Part shown: in pieces, positions 10,523-20,703 of the stretch
Layout of the letters: every line of letters begins with the position of its first letter
Position numbering within the stretch: position 1 is the first letter of the stretch
IMG/VR virus record: IMGVR_UViG_3300005529_000024
Location: 110,396-174,395 of that record
Strand: one strand, 5' to 3'
DNA from: a virus
Length of the DNA stretch: 64,000 bases
Position numbers and translations under genes: made by a program
The notes under the pieces: model-generated
What the model was told of the DNA's origin: nothing
Database searches by the model: none
The model's input: only the letters and a program-made list of their open reading frames with translations

Positions 10523-12124
10523 ATGAAAAATAAATTAACAAAGTCTCAGAAAAGAATTTTATCCATATACATAAAGCTTTCTAAAAAGAATGGCGTCTAT
10601 CCATCCAGATCTGAACTTCTGCGCGAGGGTGTGAGCCGTGATCAAGTACGTTCTGCATTCGGGTCTTTGTCTCAATTAAAGAACGTGGCGTTTACTACAT
10701 ATCCGGATGTCTTTAAGGGCATTATCGATGAAACCTTGGTATCAGATGATGCGATCCAAAATTTAAAACAAGAAGTAAGGGGTTATAATAAATTTGTTAT
10801 AACCACAGCAATTGGTGGTGGTAAAGTTCATTCCAAGTTTCATTCGAGTCTGAAAAAGTATTGCGAGTTAAACAATGCAAAGCTCTTGATTCTGATGGCT
10901 GAAGATCCGGCATCGATCAGGAAATTTAAGATTCCAAATGGTCTTGAAGAAGAGCAGTTTGTTTTCTCTGATATCAAATTAAATTCAAATATCTTCATCT
11001 CTACAATTAAATTATCTGCTAAGCAAATCGATCCTATGACTGGATTGTCCAGGTTAGGAAAGCGCGAGGGATCGTTTATTTATGCATCTCCGAAGCAACG
11101 ATTAGTCTTCGTCCCGATAGGCTCTACTCTTCCTCACGCGATCATGACTACAGGAGCTATCACTCTCCCTGATTATCAGACTGAGCATTACATGAGCGAG
11201 CGTACAGCTTGGATTGCAAAACAAGACCATGTAATGGGCGCTGTAATTGTCGAGGTCGAGGATGAGGAGATCTACCACTTTAGACAGATTCAAGCAGAAA
11301 AGAATGGATCTTTTATAGATCTTGGGAAACAATACACAGAGAATGGCGTTATTGATGTAAGACCATCTGCGTTCATTCTTGGTGATTGGCATTCTGGTGA
11401 AACCGATCCAACAGCGAAAACTTCTTGGAAAGAAGTTGTTGATGCTGTAAAACCCAGAATCCTCGTTCTTCATGATGCTTTCAATGGTAAATCAATAAAT
11501 CATCATGAGAAGGGTCGTAAGATCAAGCGAGCGAAATTTTATCGTGATAATTTACTGTCGCTTAAAGATGAACTTAAAAAGTTTGCTGAAGATTTAAACG
11601 AACTGTCAACATGGGCTGATCAGGTAGTGATAGTTAAATCAAATCATGATGAGTTCTTAGAAGAGATTCTAGAAGATGGTCGGTATATAAACGATCCGAT
11701 AAACTTCGAAATTTGTACGAAACTAGCTTTAGCTATGCTGAATGGTTCATCACCATTACGAATTGGTGCTGAGATATCAGGCTTGTCAGCGACTAATATA
11801 GTGTGGCTCAAAAGGGATGATGATTTTGAAATCGCTCGTATCCAGTTAGGGGCACATGGAGATAAGGGGCCAAATGGAGCGAGAGGGAGTATAAAGAATC
11901 TTGAGTCATCCTATGGTAATTGTGTAATTGGTCACTCACATTCTCCTGGTATTCTAAGAGGATGCTGGCAAGTTGGAACAAGTAGTCTTTTTAATTTGGG
12001 ATATAACGTTGGTCCGTCATCCTGGTTGCATACAAGCTGTCTGTTGTACCATACAGGAGCACGTCAGTTAATACATTCTATTGAAGGTAGATGGAGATCT
12101 AAAAATGGAAATAAAGCTAGTTAA
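10523..12124 (+). CDS. Large phage metallophosphoesterase-domain protein
   Basis: GDWH, LHD, SNHD, AHGD, GHSHS motifs; likely start MKNK at 10523 (ORF track 10463). Confidence 0.7.
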   Translation: MKNKLTKSQKRILSIYIKLSKKNGVYPSRSELLREGVSRDQVRSAFGSLSQLKNVAFTTYPDVFKGIIDETLVSDDAIQNLKQEVRGYNKFVITTAIGGGKVHSKFHSSLKKYCELNNAKLLILMAEDPASIRKFKIPNGLEEEQFVFSDIKLNSNIFISTIKLSAKQIDPMTGLSRLGKREGSFIYASPKQRLVFVPIGSTLPHAIMTTGAITLPDYQTEHYMSERTAWIAKQDHVMGAVIVEVEDEEIYHFRQIQAEKNGSFIDLGKQYTENGVIDVRPSAFILGDWHSGETDPTAKTSWKEVVDAVKPRILVLHDAFNGKSINHHEKGRKIKRAKFYRDNLLSLKDELKKFAEDLNELSTWADQVVIVKSNHDEFLEEILEDGRYINDPINFEICTKLALAMLNGSSPLRIGAEISGLSATNIVWLKRDDDFEIARIQLGAHGDKGPNGARGSIKNLESSYGNCVIGHSHSPGILRGCWQVGTSSLFNLGYNVGPSSWLHTSCLLYHTGARQLIHSIEGRWRSKNGNKAS

Positions 12125-12868
12125 GCAGTTTAAGCGAGGTCCGTATATCATAAAGCACGAAATCTGGAGCTTAGATGGTAATCCGGATACATTTATGAAG
12201 GCCGCGTATTCAGTTGATGGCGTATATATTGGTCTTACAAAAGATGCACATCATCTTTATAAAACTTTTGGCATAGAAGAGTTTTATGGGCGCACACCTC
12301 AATCTGTAGTATGTACCATCGGCTATTCACCTAAAAATAAGAAATGGTATGGGTGGAGCCATAGAGCTATTCATGGATTCAAGACAAAACGTGCGGCTAT
12401 AAATTTTGCAGAGAAGGTATCTTAGGAGAATACGGATGTTAGATGATAGCGAGGGCGAGTATCCTCCAGGACATCCTAAAGCTCAAGTTTTGGGGTGTAT
12501 GTGTGATCCAATAAAGAATCGTTGTGGCGTTGGAAGTAGATTATTTCCAGGAGCATTTTTTCGGGTCACAACATGGATAATATCAAAAGATTGTCCAATT
12601 CATCGTTTAAGTAAGGAAGAAGTATGACGTTTCATGAATATCTGAAAAATCTAGAAACATGCTATGCTCTTTTATTTTTGCGCCGATCTGGTCCTGAAGA
12701 AGCTCCTCTTTGTGTGCTTGGTACAATCATAGTACACGATGACTTCGTTTTAATTCGGGATGTGGACAACAAAGAGTGTGCATATCTATGTACAGAGATT
12801 GTCGGTGTCGCTCGAATGAGTGCGGAAGAATATGAATTAGCTAAAGCAGAAACAGAGGCTTTAGAAGA

Positions 12869-13465
12869 GTGAAGAAATCATCTCGTTCCGGCAAACGTAA
12901 ATGTAAGCGATGTAAGGAGCTTTTTCTCAGGAAGAAGGGTGATCCATTACTCTGTGAGAGATGTAGATTCCATTGCTCCAGATGTGATTCCTTATTAACG
13001 CTGGATGAGATAAAAGATAAACAGACTCATTGTAATAACTGTTCTCAAGAAGTCGCCATAAACAAAGAGAACAATGTCCACAATAAGGATTACGCCTTAT
13101 TAAGAACATACGGCATTACATACAATGAATACCTAAAGTTACTCGAAGATCAAAATGGCCTTTGCTGGATATGCCGAAAACCTCCAATGAATATCTCATT
13201 GAGTGTTGACCATAAGCATGAAGCAGGGGAGAACAAGAAGAATCCTAGAAGAAAGAGACATCGCGTAAGGGGTCTTTTATGCTGGCTGTGCAATACAGCG
13301 TTAAGACATTATTTCGATGATCCAATTCTCCTAAGAAGAGCAGCAGAATATTTGGAAGTTCTACCAGCACAAAAAGTCTTATATCCGGAACACAGAATAT
13401 TAGTAGACAATGGTGGATCTATTCTGCCGAATATTAACCAGAAGGAAAACAGGGATTGTACTTAA
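12869..13465 (+). CDS. Endonuclease VII-family (Holliday junction resolvase-like) protein
   Basis: YGIT...QNGLCWIC...LSVDHKH...VRGLLCWLCN. Confidence 0.85.
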   Translation: MKKSSRSGKRKCKRCKELFLRKKGDPLLCERCRFHCSRCDSLLTLDEIKDKQTHCNNCSQEVAINKENNVHNKDYALLRTYGITYNEYLKLLEDQNGLCWICRKPPMNISLSVDHKHEAGENKKNPRRKRHRVRGLLCWLCNTALRHYFDDPILLRRAAEYLEVLPAQKVLYPEHRILVDNGGSILPNINQKENRDCT

Positions 13466-13471
13466 CTTAAG

Positions 13472-14197
13472 ATGTCGAAGAACGTGAAAGAAAAAATTAT
13501 ACCTATTGACTCGCATACCCAAGAAAGTTTTAATGCTCGCGTATTACCGTTGTATTTAGCGCGGCGTTCAGGTGTTGATAACTCTATCGAGCTATTTGAT
13601 TTACTAAGTCATATCGTTAATATCGTAGCTCCCAGATCGTTTCCATCTGTATCAGAATTTGATGCAGACGATTTGAAATCAAGAGGTAGAGAGTACCTGT
13701 GGAAGAAGATTAAGAATAATGATCTTCCAGATATAGAATCAGGGTTCTTCAATTATTTCTATGAATGTATTAAGAATGAAATGCTTCGTGAGTTAAAGGG
13801 TATCAATCAGCAGATATTCGAGTCTGGTAACGCTTCTGTTGAATGCCCGTCTATGTCAAAGCTATACACGGTTGATAATGTCGAGAATTACATTACAGCT
13901 TACGAGGTATTGCAGAACCTGTATATGGAGATCGTTGCTGAGATTAGATTCGGGGATAATGAGTTCCTTCTTTGCAAATATATTCTATCTCGCATATTGA
14001 TTTCTGAGGTCATCTCTCCACGTCATATAAAACGTGCTTATGGTATACAAAATTACAAATTCTACGTGGATTATATCCAAGTAAAAATAAAGTCTAAGCT
14101 TTATAAATATAGAGACATATTAACCAAGATGGGTTGCAACATAGCAGAGATCTCCCAACAATATTTATTGGAGCCAGAAAATAATGCGGATCTATGA
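13472..14197 (+). CDS. Putative phage sigma factor (sigma70 region 2-like)
   Basis: DADDLKSRGREYLWK...FFNYFYECIKNEMLRELK resembles sigma region 2.2-2.4; next to packaging genes. Confidence 0.55.
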   Translation: MSKNVKEKIIPIDSHTQESFNARVLPLYLARRSGVDNSIELFDLLSHIVNIVAPRSFPSVSEFDADDLKSRGREYLWKKIKNNDLPDIESGFFNYFYECIKNEMLRELKGINQQIFESGNASVECPSMSKLYTVDNVENYITAYEVLQNLYMEIVAEIRFGDNEFLLCKYILSRILISEVISPRHIKRAYGIQNYKFYVDYIQVKIKSKLYKYRDILTKMGCNIAEISQQYLLEPENNADL

Positions 14198-14555
14198 TGA
14201 CGTAAAGATATTCGAAAAATATTCTGGTGGAATTATTGATCCTGTTGAGCTTCTATTGCTGTATTCTTCCCGGATGACTTTACTACCTGAGCTATATGAT
14301 GCTTTGGGTAGAGAGTATGCACTTAGATTCCTGGACATATTCTCTGGTCGTACTATCAGTATCCCGTCTCAGGAAGCGATGAATCGTGATTTACGCGATG
14401 TTGCTATCTTTCTGAGAATTCATAAGAACGATACGCCAGAGCGTAGAAAAGAGATTGCTCAGAAATATGACATCACGTTAGAGAACCTTGATCGTATTTA
14501 CAAGGCAGTAAATGATGTTGTTTCTAATGTTGCTAAATTCAAGTTTAATGGTTAG
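14184..14555 (+). CDS. Mor/C-like transcription regulator
   Basis: LGREYALRFLDIFSGRTISIP...RDVAIF...EIAQKYDIT, Mor family pattern with C-terminal HTH. Confidence 0.65.
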   Translation: MRIYDDVKIFEKYSGGIIDPVELLLLYSSRMTLLPELYDALGREYALRFLDIFSGRTISIPSQEAMNRDLRDVAIFLRIHKNDTPERRKEIAQKYDITLENLDRIYKAVNDVVSNVAKFKFNG

Positions 14556-14561
14556 AGGTTT

Positions 14562-15062
14562 ATGGAAGACGATACTACGCGAGATCTAGATAAAGCTTTA
14601 GATACGATACGAGCTATATGTACAACGAAAGCGACAGAAGCATTAGCCAAAGAAGAAGTTGAGAAGATCCTATCTGACCATCAACTAAAGTTAAAGTTAT
14701 TCATGGCTGCGTTTTCTCTTAAGCGCGTTAATAGTATTATCCGTGTCGCTAAGATGCAGGATTTCATCGAAGAGAAGCTACTTGATCCTGAACGTTGGAA
14801 AAATGCCAGTAATAAAGATTTGCTCAAGCTTCTTGTTAAGCTTAATGACATTGTTGCTCAGAATATGGATTACTTCAGTCAGATTCTTGGCGGTGACACA
14901 CAGTTTGATCCGAATCTATTAGTTGTTCTTCTCGGTGACAAATCCAAAGCAGAGGATAAGGAAAAGACAGTCAAGAGGTTGGAAGATCTTTCTCCTGAAT
15001 CACGAGAGAAGATTCGATCTAAATTTTCTGATTTGCTTGGCTCATTAAAGAATGATGGATGA
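14562..15062 (+). CDS. Probable terminase small subunit
   Basis: Helical 166-aa protein overlapping the terL start; positional inference only. Confidence 0.4.
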   Translation: MEDDTTRDLDKALDTIRAICTTKATEALAKEEVEKILSDHQLKLKLFMAAFSLKRVNSIIRVAKMQDFIEEKLLDPERWKNASNKDLLKLLVKLNDIVAQNMDYFSQILGGDTQFDPNLLVVLLGDKSKAEDKEKTVKRLEDLSPESREKIRSKFSDLLGSLKNDG

Positions 15063-17067
15063 TAAAAAACTAACGAAAGAAGAAGAGAACTTACTTAAAA
15101 AATTAAGCGATGACTCTAATAATGACACGAGAGAATTTTTCGATTCGTTATCTCTTCATGAACGTGAAGTTGCCTTACAGATTATCAAAGAGATGGAGAG
15201 TACTGGAAAGTCTGATACCTATGACCTTCTTTGGGAAACAGACTTTGTGCGGAAACCAGCTACTCCAAAAGAGTTTTTAGAAGATCATGCTTATCTAGGT
15301 AAGGATATCACGAGCAAGCTCTATGATCCTTGGAAGGAAGTCTTATGCACAGCGTTGGATGCCAAGAATGAGATCAATGAGTTAGTGTTATCTGGGGCTA
15401 TCGGTATCGGTAAGTCTACTGTGGCGAATGTGGCTATGATGTATAAGCTATATTCGTTGTCTTGTCTTAAAAACCCACAGAAGTACTACCATAAGATGGA
15501 GCACATAACAATCACCTTTGCCTTGTTCAGTGCCACATTGCAGGTGATCTCCAATACAACATTCTCCGATCTTCTCGGTATGTTCAATGCAAGTCCATAT
15601 TTTAACGAGTTCTATAACTCCAAAGACGCAAAGAAAATCGTACTCCAGGATAAGCGCGTTGACGTGAAACTCGGTAGCCAAGAGTTGCACGAACAGGGAT
15701 TGCATGTCTTTGCTTGCGTATTGGATGAAACAAACTACATGCGTCAAGCTGGAGAATATCAGCGAGCATTCAACATCTATAGTCAGTTGATGTCTCGTAT
15801 GAAGTCCCGGTTCATGTACAAAGGTAAAATACCTGGACTCCTCTGTCTCGTTTCGTCTTCGAAGAGTACAGCCGACTATATCGATGACCATATTTCTAAG
15901 GTTAAAAACAATAAGAATGCTTTGGTAAAGAGCTTTCCTATTTGGGTTGTTCGTGGATTTAAGAAGGGCGTTTCATCTGAAGTTTATTGCGGGGATACAT
16001 TCAAGGTTGATTCTGGTGATCAGTTTCATTCACCAAAGATTATTACAGAAGATTCTCCTAGTGTGTCTGGAGAAGAGAATGTAATTGAGATTCCTGTTGA
16101 ATACCATTCTGAGTTTGAACGTGATATCTATACGGCTTTAAGGGATGTTGCTGGTCGATCCAGTCAACCTAATAATCCTCTTATCCCGAATAAACTATTG
16201 ATAGCAGCTTGTAGGGATATCACACGTAAACATCCATTTAGTGTTGAATCAGCTATCATCGATATGTCCGATGAGAGTAAGACCATCCAAGATTATTTCC
16301 TGGTGGATGAACTCTTCGTCCGGGAGTTTGGCAATTATCGGTTAAAAGTCAATCCTAGTACGTTTAGGTACGCTCACATAGATATCGGGTTGAGGGGTCC
16401 AAGTAATGATGGGGACCCTGCTGCTATGTCTGTCGGGCATTATGCTGGTACGAAATCAGTTATAAGATACTTGCCTGATGGTCGGCCTTATAGCATTCCT
16501 GCTGTGCAGATCTATATTGACTTTATGATCCAGATGAAGCCACAGAAGGGATCTAAACTTGATATCTCTAAGATCCTGGAATTCATCTTTTTCCTTGAGA
16601 ACATGGGCATGAATTTCGCTCGTGTTACATATGATACTTTCCAATCTGAGAGCAGTCTACAGACATTACAGAAGCTTAAGATTGAATCAGGGATTCTATC
16701 AACGGTAAGAGATGACCATGCATATCTAGAGCTACGAAGTTGTTATACGGAACAGCGTATAAGCGTTTATGAATATCCTCTGTATGAGGAGGAGTTAGCA
16801 AGGCTTGAGCATACTCCAGCCAAGAAGAAAGTTGACCATCCTCCCAGAGGTAGTAAGGATATAACCGATACCGTTGCTGGTGTCGTTGAAAACATAATCA
16901 TGCACGAGAATACAAGTATTACTGAACGAGAAATTATTGATTCTGAAGAGATGTTAAAACTTCAAGACCTTCAGAACAGAAGAGATAATGAAGACATGTT
17001 CATTCTAAACGATTACGAGCGGAATCTAGGCGAATTCGATGATCGTGAGATGACAGATTTGATATAA
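15052..17067 (+). CDS. terL: Terminase large subunit
   Basis: Walker A SGAIGIGKST, Walker B VLDE, nuclease HIDIG, DTFQS, DHPPRGSKDITD. Confidence 0.92.
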   Translation: MMDDKKLTKEEENLLKKLSDDSNNDTREFFDSLSLHEREVALQIIKEMESTGKSDTYDLLWETDFVRKPATPKEFLEDHAYLGKDITSKLYDPWKEVLCTALDAKNEINELVLSGAIGIGKSTVANVAMMYKLYSLSCLKNPQKYYHKMEHITITFALFSATLQVISNTTFSDLLGMFNASPYFNEFYNSKDAKKIVLQDKRVDVKLGSQELHEQGLHVFACVLDETNYMRQAGEYQRAFNIYSQLMSRMKSRFMYKGKIPGLLCLVSSSKSTADYIDDHISKVKNNKNALVKSFPIWVVRGFKKGVSSEVYCGDTFKVDSGDQFHSPKIITEDSPSVSGEENVIEIPVEYHSEFERDIYTALRDVAGRSSQPNNPLIPNKLLIAACRDITRKHPFSVESAIIDMSDESKTIQDYFLVDELFVREFGNYRLKVNPSTFRYAHIDIGLRGPSNDGDPAAMSVGHYAGTKSVIRYLPDGRPYSIPAVQIYIDFMIQMKPQKGSKLDISKILEFIFFLENMGMNFARVTYDTFQSESSLQTLQKLKIESGILSTVRDDHAYLELRSCYTEQRISVYEYPLYEEELARLEHTPAKKKVDHPPRGSKDITDTVAGVVENIIMHENTSITEREIIDSEEMLKLQDLQNRRDNEDMFILNDYERNLGEFDDREMTDLI

Positions 17068-17082
17068 ACAAAAGGGATCAAA

Positions 17083-18693
17083 ATGGGAATTAGGGCTAGT
17101 GTTTCTGAATTAGTACAAAAATATTTTGGGTACTCCTTACCAAGCTATGTGACTTCTGATCAGACTTCAAAGGAAGATTGGCAGACACCTACATATGAAT
17201 GGTATTTGGATGCTATTAAGATCGGGCATTCAAGGCAATTACTCTATACTGATGTCGAGGAAATGGATAACTACTCTGACATTTGCGCTGCTTTGGATAT
17301 TTACTCCGATGATGCCTGTCAACATGACTACCAGACAAGTAGAACAATATGGGTGGATTCTGCGGATAATTTTATTTCTGACACCTTAAATGAGATGTTT
17401 GATAATCTTCAATTCGAGGATTATATCTGGGGCTTCTCTCGTTCTCTTGCCAAATATGGCGATCTCTTCTTGAGAAACTATATTAAGGAAGATGACGGCA
17501 TTGTTCATCTGGAATGGTGTGATCCTAAGATTGTCTCCAGGGATGAGGATAAGTTCAGGGTCCTGCGTGGATATCAGATCTCTTCTAAGACTTCATCAAA
17601 GAATCCCGCTGACTCTATGTTCCAGCCTTGGGAGATTACTCACTTTAAAGTTCCAGGTCGATATATCCAAGCGAGCTATGGTGAGAGCATGTTGAATGGT
17701 GCTCGTTTGACATGGAAGCAATTGAAGCTGATGGAAGACGCTGTTCTTTTATATCGGTTGCGCCATGCTCCTGATCGTATGATCTTTAAGATTGATATCG
17801 GGGCTATGCCTATTGAAGAGGGTTTCGATCTTCTAAATCGGTATAAGGCACTTAACCGGAAGCATCGTTTTGTTGATCCATCAAGCAAGGAATTTAGAAC
17901 TCGCAATAATCCTCTTGGGTCTGATTCGGATATCTATTTTCCGACACGGCCAAATTCAAATAGCGATGTGACAAAGATTCCTGGTTCAGCAAACGTATCC
18001 CAGATCTATGATATCGAGTACATGATGATGAAGCTTTATGGTTCTCTTAAGATTCCTAAAGCTTATATGAGCCAAGAGAAAGATTCCGGATGGAAGTCTG
18101 GTGCTGCATTGTCTCAGCAGGATCTTCGTTATGCTCGTACAGTTAGACGGTTGCAACGAGGTATGATCTTAGGTGCGCGTCGTCTTTGCAATATCCATCT
18201 TGCTGCTAAGGGTATCGATCCTTATAAGCATGAGTTTGCTGTTAGAATGACTAATGTGTCTAATCTTGACGAACTCCAGGAAGTTACTATCCTGAAGGAA
18301 AAGCTCGAAGCTGCTAAAGGTCTAGCTGAGGTTGCTGAGTCTCTTGGCGTAAATAAACAGGCTATGATCGATTTCGTGTTTGAATCTTTGCTGTCCCTTC
18401 CTGAAGAGACGGTTAAGAAACTTCGGTTAATCAAAGCCGAGAAAGAGGGTAGCGAAGAAGAGTCTAAAAAGGTGCTGGATAACCTGGATGTCATTAATGA
18501 GGCTGTCCAACACTATATCGGTAAGAAGCCATTATTAAAAGAAGCTATCATAAACGATATCGATAAGGCACAACTTGAAGCTGCTTCTAGAGGTGGTTAT
18601 CTTAATAATAAGGCGTTCAGGAAAATAGGCGCTGACGCTTTGCCGAGTAAGGGTCAAAAATCGTTACGAGATCAAAATGAAACCCAATCTTAG
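17083..18693 (+). CDS. Portal protein, T4 gp20-like
   Basis: MEDAVLLYRLRHAPDRMIFKIDIG, DIEY, LKIPKAY motifs; follows terL. Confidence 0.92.
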   Translation: MGIRASVSELVQKYFGYSLPSYVTSDQTSKEDWQTPTYEWYLDAIKIGHSRQLLYTDVEEMDNYSDICAALDIYSDDACQHDYQTSRTIWVDSADNFISDTLNEMFDNLQFEDYIWGFSRSLAKYGDLFLRNYIKEDDGIVHLEWCDPKIVSRDEDKFRVLRGYQISSKTSSKNPADSMFQPWEITHFKVPGRYIQASYGESMLNGARLTWKQLKLMEDAVLLYRLRHAPDRMIFKIDIGAMPIEEGFDLLNRYKALNRKHRFVDPSSKEFRTRNNPLGSDSDIYFPTRPNSNSDVTKIPGSANVSQIYDIEYMMMKLYGSLKIPKAYMSQEKDSGWKSGAALSQQDLRYARTVRRLQRGMILGARRLCNIHLAAKGIDPYKHEFAVRMTNVSNLDELQEVTILKEKLEAAKGLAEVAESLGVNKQAMIDFVFESLLSLPEETVKKLRLIKAEKEGSEEESKKVLDNLDVINEAVQHYIGKKPLLKEAIINDIDKAQLEAASRGGYLNNKAFRKIGADALPSKGQKSLRDQNETQS

Positions 18694-18839
18694 AAAGAAA
18701 ATGGAAGATGTAGATAGAAAGTTACTCTTTGTTCTATCTAGCTATGAAGAGGTAAAGGATCAGGTTGTATTTCCTGCCTCTATTTTGGATACACTATATT
18801 CGTTGCAAAGGGAGTTGCAAGAGATTCAAAAAATATTAA

Positions 18840-18863
18840 CCTAAATTCGAAGTCTTTGCGTCT
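18840..18863 (+). promoter_or_regulatory. Putative phage-specific promoter CCTA-N14-GCGTCT
   Basis: Exact-spacing copy upstream of SWIM/membrane/KH genes. Confidence 0.7.
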
Positions 18864-19174
18864 TGCAAAATATGAATGAGATAAATGTAAATCGACAATA
18901 TATTGAATCGCTTTATAAAGAGTATTTATCTAGGCTCAAACATGGCGAAGCGGCTATTCGTGTTGCTGCTGATCTGTTTGAGAATGTTAATGATCTTCTT
19001 GGATATTCCGCTAAGCGTGTTGATGACGAATCAATTAAAGTCCTCAAAAACGATGGCACAGAATATACTTTATCAATAAAGGAAGATACGGTTACATGTA
19101 ACTGTATTGGATTCCAACATCGCAATCGGTGTAAACATACCGCGTTTGCGAAAATACTAACAAAGGAGAAATAA
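18863..19174 (+). CDS. SWIM zinc-finger protein
   Basis: CNC...RCKH; true start probably the ATG at 18872 or 18876-region, after the promoter. Confidence 0.7.
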   Translation: MQNMNEINVNRQYIESLYKEYLSRLKHGEAAIRVAADLFENVNDLLGYSAKRVDDESIKVLKNDGTEYTLSIKEDTVTCNCIGFQHRNRCKHTAFAKILTKEK

Positions 19175-19175
19175 T

Positions 19176-19334
19176 ATGTTTTCAAAGGTAGTGTCGTTTC
19201 TTACAAGTCGTCCGGCTTGGCAGGTGTTCGTTGGTGGTATTCTTATGGGATATCTTACTCGGTTCTGTCACTCTTGGATCTTGACTGTAGCCAGCATTGC
19301 TCTTGCTGCGTTTCTTGCTAAGAAGGCAAAATAG
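19176..19334 (+). CDS. Small membrane protein (52 aa, two hydrophobic segments), not in ORF track
   Basis: AAGGAG SD, MFSKVVSFLTSRPAWQVFVGGILMGYLTRFCHSWILTVASIALAAFLAKKAK. Confidence 0.6.
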   Translation: MFSKVVSFLTSRPAWQVFVGGILMGYLTRFCHSWILTVASIALAAFLAKKAK

Positions 19335-19362
19335 GATCTAATTCGGAAAGAAAGGGAGCCAG

Positions 19363-19671
19363 ATGTCAGAACATTCTGTAGAGACCTTGCAATTGGCAAG
19401 GTTGATTCTTGATGCAGCAAAGTTGATGGTAGATCTTCCAGAAGAGACAAAAGTAAATATTCTAACCGAGCGCAATATTACAGTCTTCCAGATTGAAACC
19501 AATAAAAAGGATATCGGGAAGCTGATCGGTAAGGGAGGTCGTAATATCCAGTCTCTTCGTCGTATTGTTAGCTCAATTGGCGCGAAATTGAGTTGTAACT
19601 GCATGGTCGAGATCAAAGATGACCATAGCTTGACTTATCGTAAAAACAAGTCGGCATCAACTGAAGAGTAA
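19363..19671 (+). CDS. khpA: KhpA-like single KH-domain RNA-binding protein
   Basis: MVDLPEE...DIGKLIGKGGRNIQSLRRIV, GxxG KH loop. Confidence 0.8.
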   Translation: MSEHSVETLQLARLILDAAKLMVDLPEETKVNILTERNITVFQIETNKKDIGKLIGKGGRNIQSLRRIVSSIGAKLSCNCMVEIKDDHSLTYRKNKSASTEE

Positions 19672-19684
19672 GCTTAATTTAAAG

Positions 19685-19724
19685 GTGCAAGGTGATGGTT
19701 AATTCTGTCACCTTGCATTTTTTT
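19685..19724 (+). terminator. Intrinsic terminator
   Basis: TGCAAGGTGATGG/CTGTCACCTTGCA stem plus T7. Confidence 0.85.
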
Positions 19725-19762
19725 GTCTTTATTTTTTACAGGTAATATTAAACATTTACTTA

Positions 19763-19791
19763 TTGACAAAATAGATAGTGCAGTTTATAAT
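19763..19791 (+). promoter_or_regulatory. sigma70-type promoter
   Basis: TTGACA-N17-TATAAT. Confidence 0.8.
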
Positions 19792-20287
19792 AACAGTTGA
19801 CAGTGTGATTAGGGGATCAAAATCATACTGAATTTTGGGCAGGAGGAACAAAAATGGACAGATACGCTCACTTTCTCTTTGATGATGGTGAATCGATTAT
19901 CGAGTCCCTTATTAAGGGCGTAGATGAGGATTTAGAGGCTATTATCAAACTTCCGAATACGGATGACCGTAAGGAGCGGATTGCCTTTCTTGAGGGGAAG
20001 AGGGCGGCATATAGGCTGATTCTGTCTACTTGTAATCATGAACCAAAGGTTTTGCGTTAAAGGGCAGTTAAACCTTAAATTGGAGGCTACAATGAATGTT
20101 CACTTAAATGTGTATATCATCATGTCCACCTTAGTTTTCATGTTTCTGGGTATGATCTGGAAGACGAGTGATTGGGTTAATCTCTTCCTAAAGTTTGTGT
20201 TTATCATTATGGTTCTCTTTGGCATTTTTATGTATCTGTCTACAAATGGATACATAATTAATGTGGTCGAAGTTCAATAAAAAGTAC

Positions 20288-20316
20288 TTGACAAGTTTAT
20301 AAAGTACGGCTATAAT
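20288..20316 (+). promoter_or_regulatory. sigma70-type promoter
   Basis: TTGACA-N17-TATAAT. Confidence 0.8.
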
Positions 20317-20320
20317 ATCA

Positions 20321-20400
20321 GTGTGGGAAATACTAGTGTCGAAAGCCTAGTACGCCCGTCAAAGGGTGGATAAGAAGGGTTCACCTATTCCGCGACCTTT
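20321..20400 (+). ncRNA. Candidate structured leader/ncRNA
   Basis: Directly after promoter; hairpins TACTAG/CTAGTA and CGCCC/GGGTG within an imperfect closing stem, followed by T run. Confidence 0.35.
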
Positions 20401-20581
20401 TTAAATGAGGCGACAAATGGATAAGATTAGCCGAGAGATTATCAGATCGTTAGTTGATGATACGATAAAGCGATTTGAGGCTGAACTACGGGATCTACTT
20501 CTCCCTTCTCTCATCGAGGAAGGGGAGTTAACCAGAGAGGTTCAAAATTTCCGGGAAAAGATCATCGGGGCAATTTGATTG

Positions 20582-20703
20582 AAGGGGCGGTGTAATAGGC
20601 AGGCGCAAAATAAACGGTGAACTAGCGTGGCGGTCGAAAGGCTTCTTGATACTACCTATTACCCGACAGGGGTTAATAAGCCTGTGTTTCCGGCCCCCTT
20701 TTT
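20582..20703 (+). ncRNA. Candidate structured ncRNA (~120 nt)
   Basis: GGGGCGG/CCGGCCCC closing stem, GTAATAGG/CCTATTAC, GGTC-GAAA-GGCT, ACAGG/CCTGT, T run at 3' end; no ORF. Confidence 0.5.

Noticed and set aside
930-17067. Inteins or group I introns in nrdJ or terL
   Set aside because: Both ORFs are continuous and of ordinary length with no splicing or homing-endonuclease motifs noticed
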